Of a stretch of DNA of 64,000 bases, positions 1 to 12,000 are shown one piece after another. The stretch is from Synechococcus sp. GTDB taxonomy: Bacteria > Cyanobacteriota > Cyanobacteriia > PCC-6307 > Cyanobiaceae. The first letter of the stretch is position 1. Each line of letters starts with the position of its first letter. The notes under the pieces are model-generated. The model was not told where the DNA came from. It ran no database searches and was given only the letters and a program-made list of their open reading frames with translations. Where the stretch lies: positions 920,203 to 984,202 of the forward strand of contig JBJBEO010000001.1 of NCBI GenBank assembly GCA_047284725.1. The letters run 5' to 3'. Position numbers and translations under genes: made by a program.

Positions 1-2
1 CC

Positions 3-3000
3 CGACTTGATGGAATCGACGTAGATGGTGCCCTCGGAACCGAGGAACACCTGCTCGTCGGCATCGACGTTGACGACTCCGCTGGCCTCGATGTCGATGT
101 CCTCCACAAGGTTGATGCGGCTGATGTCGATCTGCTGGGTGAAGCCGCCCGCGATATCTACCGTGACTCCGGTCTCGTCGTCGAGCGTGCCGCCGCTGTT
201 GAGCGTCAGCTTGCTGGCGGTGACATTCTCGATAAGGAAGAACTCGTTGGTGCCAGTGACGTTGGCGCTGTTGCCGGAAATGCTGATCACCATGCCGGCC
301 TGGAAGCCATCGGCCATCCAGCTGCCGCTGTTCCGGGTGATGGTGTCCTGCCCGGAAATCTCGTCAGCAAAGCTCACCACCACTGCGGTGGCAGTGGCGC
401 TGACCACCGGCGCGTTCGGGTCAGGAACCACATTCAGCAGCTGAACCGTGGCGAGTTCAGCGGAAAGCGCCTGATCCAGCGTGATGACGTTACCCACCAC
501 GCTCTCGATCCTATAGGTCTCAAAATCTTCGTTCGCGTTGACGGCATTGCCGACGACCTGGATGAAGTCTCCAGCAGTGAACGCGGCGAAGAGGTCTCCC
601 GAAATGCGCGTCAGCGTGCCTTTGCCATCACTGTTGCCGAACGCCACCTCCGAAGTAATCGGTGCGCTCTTGAGGTAAGTGACATCGTTACGCTCGGCAG
701 CCGCCAGCGTCACACGCTCATCATCGGTAAGGGTGATGGTGACGTCGACGTCGACGTTGCTTGCCGTGTTGAACGAAGCCGGCACAACAACGTTATCATC
801 GTCATCGATGAAGCCGACCGTCAGCACGTTGGTGTTAATCGCAGTGATGATGTAGCTGCCGTTGTCGTGGCCCTCGACGAAGACCTGATCATTAACCGAG
901 AAGCCCGACCAACCGCCTGAGAAGGTGATGTCCGAACCGGAGAAGCTCATCAGGCCTGACTTCGGTGCAGTGCGGAGCTTGGCGACGTCGATGTCGATGA
1001 AGCCCGAGGTCTCACCGATGCCTCCCCCGACGATCAATGTCACATCGTTACCAGTGATGTTGGCCTCTTCTTCACTGACCGTGGTGTCCGAGACGCCTTT
1101 CAGCAGACCGGCACTGATGCTGAACAACAGCTCTGCCTCTGTCCACACCTTGAAGTTGCCCTCGACGTCCTGTTCTTCGGCGGCCGACAGTTCATACGAG
1201 AAGGCCTCATCAAAGGTATCGACGTCTGAAACGACGCCTAGGTTCTCAAGCAGCGTGTGAAGCGCGTGGTATTGGTCGGTGCGTGATTGCTCGAGCGCCT
1301 GCACCTGCAGCTCGTCGTAGTTGAGCCCAGTCGGGTCGGTGTAGAAGGCGAACTCTTCGGCCGTCAGCGCGACCTGGAAGTCGGCATCGTACGTTCCAGG
1401 GTCGGATTGCATGTTGCGGAACTGCCAGTACGAGCGATATTCCTGCGTACGCTGCGACTCCACCTCGATCTTGGCGTTCTCGATCTTGTCGAGGGCACCG
1501 AGCTCTTCGGTGAGGGAAAGATCCGACCACACGCCGCCCTTGAGTTCGTTGTATGTGCGTTCGTCTCGGGTCTGATCGTCGTTGACGTCGAGCAGATTGC
1601 CGTTGTCGACCTTCACCCAGACATCGCCTCCGGTGATGATCTCTTCGAGGCGAAGGTCACCATCGACCTCTTCGACGTACACGTCACCGGCAGCCTGGAT
1701 GCTGACCTTGTCCTTCAGGAACGTTGGCGATATGGCGGAGTTGATCTCAAGCGGAGTGGCGGCGCTGTTGCCAACGCCACCGGTGGCTGAGGTCAGTGTG
1801 ATGCTGCCACCGGTGATGTGGCTGCCGCCGAACGGCGTGCGGAGGTCAGTTTCCCCAACCCTGATCGCACCCGGCGCAAACAGCTCGACGTCGCCGCCAT
1901 TCTCTGCGGTTATCTCTTCGATCGCCAACTCGCCGATCTGTTCCCTAATGTAGATATCGCCATTCTGGGTTGTTGCTTTCAGGCTCGAAGGATTGACGAC
2001 GGCAGAGGTACCGGTACCGACCGCGGTGACGTCCGCCGTTTCGTCTGTAAGTGAAGCCGCTGCGTTAAGCGTGAGCACCTGCTGTGTGACGTTGTCGATG
2101 AGGTATGTACCGTCGTTCTTGTTGGAACCCACGATGGTGATTGTGTTTCCGGCCTGGAAGCCGTCGAGGGTCCAGTCACCACTGGGGCGTGAAATGAGGT
2201 CATTGCCGAGGTGGGCGAGATCGTCGAAGAACAAACGGCCTTCGTACTCCTGCGTCGGGGAGTCCGTCACTCGCGTGACCAGCGGGTTGTCGTCATCAGT
2301 GCCTATTCCACTTAGGGCCTCGAGCTCAACCCGGCGGCCGCCGACGTAGGCGCTCAAGCCCACTGTTTCGATATCCTGCTGCGACACCACCCGGGTCAAA
2401 CCTGTCGGATTGGCGATCGGTCCAATGATTTCGACAGCGCCTGTTCCAGTGGAGTTGACGATGATCCGCCCTTCGTCGTAGCCGAGGAAGGCAATGTCGA
2501 TGGGACGATCGGCCTCGACCGAGTGCGTGTCGGTGACACCCTGCGTCTCGGTCTGCTTGTACTTGACGGTGATGGTCTTTTTCCCATACCAGCTCGTATT
2601 GGTCTTGCTCGACAGCACACCGTCGTCGTCGGTGCCGTATACGCCGTCGGGGCCGGCCGGGTACTGGATACCGAGCGTCACGACCTCTTCGACGTGGTCG
2701 TACTGCGAGGTGTTGTCAATGTCCTTGTAGTAGTAGCCCGCTTCGTCCTCGAGCGTCGGCTGGTTTTCGATCTCGGTGCGATCCCAAGGACCGTCGAAAT
2801 CTGTGCCAAGTGGGATGAACGCCCAGCTTGAATCGACTTGAGTGGCGGTGCGGATGATCTTCTGGGTCAAGCCGACCGTCCAGCCGAAACGCCAGCCCTC
2901 ATCAGGCTGGTAGTTGGACAGGTCCTCGCTTTCCACAGCGGAGGTGTCGAGATTGTCGAGGTTGTTGAGTGAGTCACCGGCATAGACCGTTGAACCCGAG

Positions 3001-6000
3001 TTGTTGCTCTCGGTCACCGTGAATCCTTCGGCAGTCTGCTGGTAGATCGTCACCAGCGGATCCTCTGAGGTGCCGCGGGCCTTATCTCTGATGATGATTG
3101 TGCCTGCACCACGTTGCGAAGCGTCCAGCTCGTGGATCTTTAAGTTGTAGTTGGTGGAGTTATTGACTTCGATGTAGCCGTAGCCACCAAGCGCTCGAAT
3201 CTTGCCATTGGCAGTATTCAGGATGTGTCCTGTGAGGTCGATGGAGCCGCCGCTGACCCTCAGGTCAAGCACCTCGATGGTGTTCGTCGAGGCGTCGTAG
3301 ATGAGGCCGAAGGACTCGCTGCGCAACGAGCTGTCTGGCAGAAAGAAACGACCCGTCTTCCCCCGCTCGAGCAGCGTGTTGATCTCGCTCTGCACGAACG
3401 AGTCGATGTTGAGAACGTAGTCTTCAACTCCGCTCTGGATGATGCCGTTGATGTTGAGGTATTCGGCATCGATAACGATCTTGTCCGCGTACAGGCCGAG
3501 GTAGCCACCGCCCGGTGCTTCCGCAGCTACCAGCTCAGCTTCGATCCGAGCGATATCGGATTCGAGCGTCGCCTCGAGGGAGGAGCCGGCAGCAGCGTCC
3601 ACAAGCGATGACTTCGCGGCCTCCAGCTCGGCGGTGAGCTCGGCAACCAACTCGCGCTGCGCGGCCGTCGATCCCGCCGGCTCGGTTGCGAACACGGTGT
3701 TCTGATTAGACGTGCTCGCCTCCGCGGTCCACGCCGCGGAACTGGAACCGTCGCCGATCGGGCCAGTCGTGGCGTCCGCCCATGCGGTGTAGGGTTTGCC
3801 TTGTGCCTCGAGCTGGGAAACGTCGGGGATAAATAAGGTCCCGCCGGCGACAACGCGGAGGTTACCGGCGATGACCTCGGCCTCGATGATGACGTCACCA
3901 TCACCGGCAGAGTTGGTTTCAAGAACCACGGTCGAAGTTGGAGCGATGATTCCGTCGCCGCTGATCGTCAGATCTGGCCACGGGTAGGTGACATTGACCT
4001 CTGCGGTCACCGGCGTCACCGTGATGGTGACGTTGTCACCGACGCCGAACGGATCGGAGAAGGTCACGCTGTCGCCAGCGACGTATCCGGTACCGAGGCC
4101 GGCGACGCTGAAGTCGATGTCACCGCTTGAGTCAACGAATACCTCGAGCGCGAGGCCTTCTCCAATGCCACTGGTTGAGGACTGTTCGATGCGCTGATGG
4201 AAGAAGCTCGTCCCCGGATCGGTGGGATCATCGGGATCGTCAGTGCCCCAGCCGACGCTGGTGGCCTCGCTGGCGCTGAGCGTCATGTTGACCACCTGGG
4301 TGAACGTTCCACCGGCGGCCGCTGGGTCTCGAACGTCAAGGAGGTTCTGGACTGTGATGGTCGGTGCGTCCTCGCTGCTATCGGGAATCTGCGAGAAGTC
4401 CGCCGTCACTGCATTCCAGTTGCCCTCGTTTTGGTTGAAGGCGTTGTCCTCGTCGACCAGCGTCTGGTTATCAGAGGTGATCTTGGCGTTGCTGGTGACC
4501 TCGTTGCCGTTGAAGAACAGGCCGCCGTTGACCTCAGGAATGGTGATGCCGAGGATGCGCAGGAACGCGGGGGTGTGGTTCTGGATCGTGACGTCCGCGT
4601 CACCCGGCGCTATCCACTCTCCGCTGCCGTATAGCTGATCGCCACGGATGTCGATCATGCCAGCCTCGGCATGCACGGGGTTGATCGTCACAGTCATGAC
4701 GAACTGCTCGTTGGCTACCTGAGCACCCGCGTTCGGGCCGTCGGGCACGGTTTCGAGCAGACCGAGCGCTTCGAGCTCCGCCGTGATGCGAGACACCTCA
4801 CTGGAGTAGAAGGTCACCAGCTCTTCGTTCTCCGGGTACGTGCTGAGCTGCGACTGCGCGAAATCGAGCTCTCGCAATAGACTGTTTTCGAGCTTCTCCT
4901 GATTTTGGGTGAAGCTGATATCGCCTTCATCGACCATGTCGTCGTCGGAATCACGGCTGATCACTGTGACAAGGCCAGTTGTGCGATCCCAGTCCTCCAG
5001 GATGAGTGTCTGCTTGCGCTTGATACCGGTCTCGACGGTGCCGTTATTGATGACTACGGCGTGCGCTTCCGCCAGGCTGTTGCCGACGTCGGCGAACTTG
5101 CTCGGTGCCGAGAACAGGTTTGCCGCCCAGCTGTGGCCCGCGTTAGTCGCCGCAACGTTGCTGAGGCCGACTTCTTCAGCGTGCAACCGCACTTCACGCG
5201 CTGACTGAAGATGTGCCCCGCTGGCGATGTTGATCTCGTTTTCTTGGAACAGGAATGCCTCTGCGTCGAGATCGTCCACCGGGATCGCCGCCGATGAGTA
5301 GCTGTCGACGCGCGACTCGATGTCATACCAGTCCTCGGAGAAGTCACCATCCTCCGCAACCGCGAAGCGGATGTCGCCGTCGGCGAGAATGTTTGCGCCG
5401 GAGCGAATGATGATCTCGTTCTCAGGGTTGATGTCGACGAGTGATTCCCCGATCACCACACCCACACCGCCGTTGGCTTCGGCACTGTTCTGGATCGATA
5501 TGTCGCCCTCGCCCCGCGCCGTCGCGAGGAACATTCCCGAGCTGTAGATATCGGCATCACCAATATCGATCCGCGCGATGTCGTTGAGTGTACGGATCGT
5601 GGAGCTGGTTTTGGCGCCGGCACCCAGGCCAGAGGCCTCGAAGGTGATCTTGTCGTATGCCGTTATTTTGTTTTTGGCCTTGAGGGTTAAGACCTGGTCG
5701 TTGGTGGGCAGGCCGACGATGTCGATATCGGCGTCGTCTTCAATCTTGACGATCGTGACCAGATCCAGGTCGGTGTCGCTGTCGGCACCCGCGCCGCTGA
5801 TCAGCGCCTTGGCCGAGCCGTCTAGGTTCGACGAGCCGCCGCTGAGAGCAGGCTTGTCGATTATGTTGTTAGCCTCCATTTCCAGTGCGAAGGCGACCAG
5901 ATCGGCACCATGGCCGATCTTCGCTGTGACGTCGGAGTCGATGTCGTGGTCGGAATCGCCTCCTGCGCCGGACAGGAAGCCCGCAGCGTTGGCCACAATT

Positions 6001-9000
6001 CGCGAGTTAAAGATCGCCTTGTGGTCAGCCTTGACCACGACCTGGCTGCCTTCAGTTGACGATAGGTCGACATCGGAATTGGCGCCGATCTCAGCGGTGA
6101 CCACTGCATTGTTCTCGGTTCGCGGACGCGCGGAGGCCCCCGACACCACGCCACCCGAGCCGGCGGTGGTGTCGGCAAAATTGTCGTCCTCGCCCGTCGC
6201 GGTGACAGAGAGTGCGCCGCCGTTCACGGTCACGTTGCTGCCGAGATAAGCGAGGGTGGTGGTGGTGGCGATCGCCTCTGACTGGGTGACACCGGCGGCG
6301 ATCAGGCCGAAGGCGTCGCTCGAGGAATCCGCTACCTGACGCGTCTTGTTGTTGGCGTTGACGGTGACATCGTCGACGTTGAGCGTTGTGCTGGCGACGA
6401 CGTAGCTATTCAGCGTCGAGGTGGTCTGCGCCAGGGTCAAGGTGGCATCGAAACCCAGCAGAAGGCCACCGGCGGAACCGACAGCAAATGCATTGGCGGT
6501 GTCATCACTGCCCGGCAACAGTGTCTTGGCCTGCACCGAAAGGCTGTCGGCAGTGATGGTCTTGCCGGAGCCGCCGACATACGCATCCACCGTGGCGGCG
6601 ACCTTCGAAGTCGCGCTCGACACACCCATCGACACACCGCTGCTGACGCTGAATCCCCGTGCCGTGGTTTCGGCTCTCGGTGTCGCCTTGGCTTCAACAG
6701 TGATGTCGTCGGCGTCGACGTCGGCGCCGCTGATGTACGCCTCGACGGTGGGGGTAACAGTCGCCACCCCGAGCGATCCTGATGCCGCTGCAGCGATGAG
6801 CCCGAACGCAGCCGAGGTGGCCTGCACCTCGGAAATGGCGGTCGTGGTGGCATGCGCATCGATGTCGAGATCGCCGGAGAGGCTCAGCACTCCGTTCAGC
6901 ACATAGGCACGGGTCTGGGTGAGCACAGTCCCAGTCGTGGAGGCGCCGCCACCGGAGAGGGAGGCACCGATGCTGACGCTGGCCGAGAGGGCCGCAGCTT
7001 GGGCTGTGGCGGTGATCGTTGCAGTTTCATCGGCGGCAATGGTCAGGCCATCCGGTGCGCCATCGATCTCGGCGTCTCGGACCGAGGCTTCCACGTCATT
7101 GGCGATGGAATTCCCGGCCAGGGAGACACCGATCGCAACGGATGCGCCGATCAGGCCAACGGAGCCCGCGATTGAGGCGGCTTCCGTGCTGGCCGTGATT
7201 GTGGAGAGATCATTGGCGGTCACACTCATGGCACGACCGATGTCGATATGGCCTCCGCGGGTCCCATTGACGACACTCTTGACGTTAATCGCCATCAGGT
7301 TGAGGACGTCGGCACCGGCTCCACTGGCCGCCCCCGCCACGGCCCCTCCCGCCAAGGCGGCTGAGAAGGCGGCGACATCGGCGATGATCGTCTCCACTGC
7401 GTCGGCATCGAGGATCAGATCGCGTGCCGCATCGATGCTGGAATTGATCACCCAGGTCTGCACCCCGGCCGGCTGCGGCACGCTCCCCGCCGTGTACCCG
7501 ATGAAGTTCTTAGCGACGGCACTGCCGATCGATACACCACCACCTACGCCACCAGCACCAACCGCGGCAGAGGCACCGACCACAAGTGCATTGATGGTCG
7601 AGGTGTCGTCTGCCGTGATGGCCACATCACGGACGCTCAGGAGGTCGCTGTTTTCAACGCCGGCGTGCGTCAGGCTCAGGATGACATTGGTGGAGTCGGC
7701 TCCTGCCCCACTGATCGCGATCCCCGCAAAGAGCCCCGCACCCACGGCTGCGCTTGCCGCCGCAGATCTTGCAGTGATCTGAGAGGTGCTGGAGGCGTCG
7801 ATCGTGATGTCCCCTGTGGTGGAGGCGGCAGCTGTTGTGGTGAGGCCGACGTCGGAGATATCCGCCGGGTCGCCATCCACGTTGAGCACAAGGCTTTCGA
7901 CCTCGTTCGCGATTTCGTTGTAGGCCGTTGCCACGCCGATGGAAATCGAAGCGCCAGCGCCGAGCCCGACAGCCCCAGCCAGCGATGCAGCGCCGACATC
8001 GGCATTGATTGTCGAGTTATCGGTGGCGCGCAGCGACACAGTGCCGGCCTCGATGCCATGGATGACACTTGAATTCGGCGAGTCGCCATCGATGGTGGAT
8101 GTGATCAGGGTGCGGATGCGGTTGGTTGCCGAGGCTCCGGCACCTGCAGCGCCAAGACTGCCACCTCCCACAGCAACAGCAACGGATCCCGCCAGAACGG
8201 TGGCATTGATGCTGGCACTGCTGTCAGCGGAGAGAGACAATTCACCCACGGCATCAATGCTGGAGTCGGTGATGGAGGTCAGCACCTCGGAGAGACCATC
8301 AGACCCATCGAGGTTGTAGCCGATGAGATTTTTGGCGATCGCTAGTCCGACGGATGCCCCGATACCCGCCGTGCCGACACCCACAGCAGCACTGGCCGAG
8401 GCGACAAGCGCACTGATTGATGCGGTGCTGGCGGCGTGAAGGGAAACATCACCGGCACTGATGAGAAGGCTGTCGTCGACCCGTGCCCTCGTTGTGGTGA
8501 GGATCACATTGCGTGCTTCCGTACCAGCTCCACTCAGGGAGATACCGGCAAGGCCTCCACCAGCCAGGGCCACGGACACCGCTGCTGTCCGGGCTTGGAT
8601 CGTTGCGTCTTCTGCAACAGCAAGGGAGATGTCTCCAGTCTCGGAAGTAACGCTGCTGATGTTGGAGATCGATGTCTCGACAGCATTGCTGATCTGATTT
8701 TCTGCGAGGGTGATCCCAACTGACAGGGCTCCAGCACCTGTTCCGCCAAATCCGGCTGCGATGGAGACAGCCGCTGCATCGGAGGTGATCGTGGACGTAT
8801 CCGTGGCGCTCAGGCCAATCGTGGCGGCAGTGATGGTGTCTACAGGATCAGCTCCTGAAGAATCATCATCGACGCCATTGATGGAGGCGTTGATGGTGGT
8901 GGCAATCTTGTTCTGAGTTGAAATGCCAGCACCACTGAGGCCGATACCGGCGGTTCCACCGGCAGCCAATGCTGCAGAACCGGCCAGTGAAAGTGCATCA

Positions 9001-12000
9001 ATTTTGCTGTCGGCTGTGGCATTCAGGTTCAGATCGCCGCTCGCTGTGAGCGAGGAGTTATTGATGTAGGCCTGCACCTCGGAGAGCGCTCCCTCTGCAT
9101 TGGTGCTGTTGCCGCTGCCATCCCAACCAATACGGTTGGTGACCACCGAGGCGCCGATCGAGGCCCCCACTCCGGCACTTCCTCCGGCGCCGAGCGCCAC
9201 AGAGACAGCGCCGACCTGGGCTGTGATGATTGACTGGTTGGAGGCGCTGATGTCGACACCGACGGCATTCCTGACGGTGCTGTCGTCGATGAACGCATTG
9301 GTGCGGGTGAGAATCGCATTGGTGGAAACGGCACCAGCGCCGCTGATGGCGACCCCGGCACTTCCACCGAATGAGGCACTGATCGATGCCGCTGCTGCGC
9401 GGGCGGTGATGCTGCCATCGGCCAACTCCCAGAGCCTGGTGTCTGAGTAATCCTCTGCGCCAAGATCTCGCAAGTATCCATTGAACAGAACCCATTCATT
9501 AGGATTTGCTGCAAAATCAATATTTCCGAGATAGATTTCCGCTTCATCGCCAATGTATCGGTAAATATTGCCATTAACCAGCTCAACCGTATTACCCTCG
9601 CGCAGGAGGAGAGCATCATCATTGCGCTCATCGGCCGTCGTTCCGTCAGCTCCGTCGCCGTCGAAGTCGGCATTAAGAACTCCATTATCATTCAAGCTGA
9701 AGTCAGCCACATAGCCCCGGAACCTGTACAGGCGATCACCTTGGCCCCCGTTGCCATGAGTCGCATCAGTTCTGACGGTGTCACCCACATTCAAGGTCTG
9801 CAGTCCGGCACCGCTTGTATACGTTGGAGCATCCGCACTGGACGGCATCGCATGGGCATCGATTCGGATGTCTCCCGCAGAGTTAACATTCGAGACATCT
9901 TTGATAAAGGCGTTGACGTCGTTGTTGACTTCGTTGATGGCCAACGTCAGGCCGATTGAAACGCCAACACCTGTCGAGCCGCCCAGCGATGCACCAACAC
10001 TTGCTGCAAGGGCGTCGGCGTTGATCGACGACATGTCCCGGGCCAGCAGGGAGACCACACCGCCATCGGTCATGATGCCGTTGACAGGTGATCCAGCAGG
10101 CCCATTGCCCTCGATGTAGGCCTGCACAGATGTGCCAATACGATTTTCGCTGTAGACGCCAGCCGCGCTAAGACTCACTCCCGTACTGGCCGCCAGGGCA
10201 ACCGCTGCTGAAATCGCCTGGACAGTCGCATCAATCGCTGCCAGTGAGATGGCTGAAAGGTCAATGCTGCCTTCAGCGTGGATGTCGGAGTCTTTGATGT
10301 AAGCGTGTGTCGTCAGAGGGGAGAGGGTTCGCGAGCCACCAAACGAGCTTGTATCGAGATCAAGCGACCCATCGAAACCGATGAAGTTTTCAGCCACCGA
10401 GATCCCAATTGATCCGGCTACTGAAGAACTGATCCCTCCTGCAGCAGCGATGGACTTGCTGTCGATCAATGCACCAATGATGGAGCGATTGTCGGCCTCA
10501 ATGATGACATTACCCTCATCGCTGACGAGAGTCCATTCAGTATCATCAAAGTTCTGAGTCGAGAGATCGACGATCCCTGGTGTTCCTCCGGTGAACTTGT
10601 AGACACCACCAGGGACGCCTCCCCCTTGGTGGTCGGAGTCAACCCGAACCCGATCGTTCAACGCGAGATCGACTTCACCATGGTTGCTGGTGTATTCATA
10701 ACCGACTGGTGATGAGGCTCTGGCATGAACATTGCTTCCAGTGATATGAGCCTCGGAACCGCCTTGGATGCTATTGATGGCTACAGCACCACCACCGCTG
10801 AAGCCCCTACCACCACTCACACCAACGACTACGGCAATGGATGAAGCTGAAGCGGTCGATTGAATCTCAGCCTCAGTATCAGCAGTGACGATGACACTTC
10901 CGGAAAGTGCGTCCACCGTGTTGACATTTCTGATGTAGGAGTCAAGGTCGTTGTGAATTTCGTTGCGAGCAATGGCAAGGCCCAATGACACGCCATTGGA
11001 TCCCGACAAGCTCGCTGATAACGCCATCGAGGAAACTGCCACCTCAGCATCGATGCCCGAATGATCATCAGCCTGCACGGCGATGTCACCGCCATGGGCA
11101 ATAAAGCTCATGGAGCTGGATGTCGTTTTATCCAAATACGCCTTAACGTCGGTGCTGACTTTGTTCAGCGCAAGCACCGCTCCCACTGAGATCGATGTGC
11201 TGCTGGCCAGCGTTGCTGAGGTGGATACCGCAGCACTTTGGATCATGGCGTCGATGCTCGCGTCAGACGTCGCCGTTACGTTGATCTTTCCGTCTGCATC
11301 GACGGTGGAATCGCGGATAAAGGCCCTGGTCTGCGCCGCGTCCTGATCAGCAAGTGGAGTGTCGAGGAAGATATCGGCGATGTTGAACAGGAAATTCTGG
11401 GGCTCAATACCAACGGTGTTGAAAGCCGCCGTCACACCTACCGAAACACTCGTACCACCGCCGAAGACGGTGGTCTCACTCGTGGTATTGGCATTGATGA
11501 TCGAGCTGTTGCTGGCAGAAACAGTGACATCGCCACCTCCAGTGGTGGTGATGTCACTGTCTGTGACGGAGGCATTGGCGTCGGAGAGGACAACGTTGGT
11601 CACAATCACCGCATTGACGGCCACTGTCGTGCCGCCAACGAATGCGCTACCCCCATCAGACTTGGCAACGCTGTCGTTCATCGCGTCAATTGTGGCGCGC
11701 TCCTTCGCTATGACCTGTACCGCTCCAAAGACATCCACATCAGCGTTCTGGATGTAGCTATCAACCGATCCGCGAACATCGTTCAAAACGATCAGGCCAC
11801 CGATCGCTACGGCATCTGAAGAACTCACATTGAGATTGAGCTGAGCAGGCACCCAACTCAGAAGGTCTGTGGCATCGACCTTTTCCCAATCTGATGAGCC
11901 CTCGAAATCAAAGTCGCTTAAGTTGAATGTCGCTGCCGCAGTTCCTTGGTAGGCATAGACATCTCCTGGGGTATGTCCTGAAATATCGAAGTCCGAGGCC

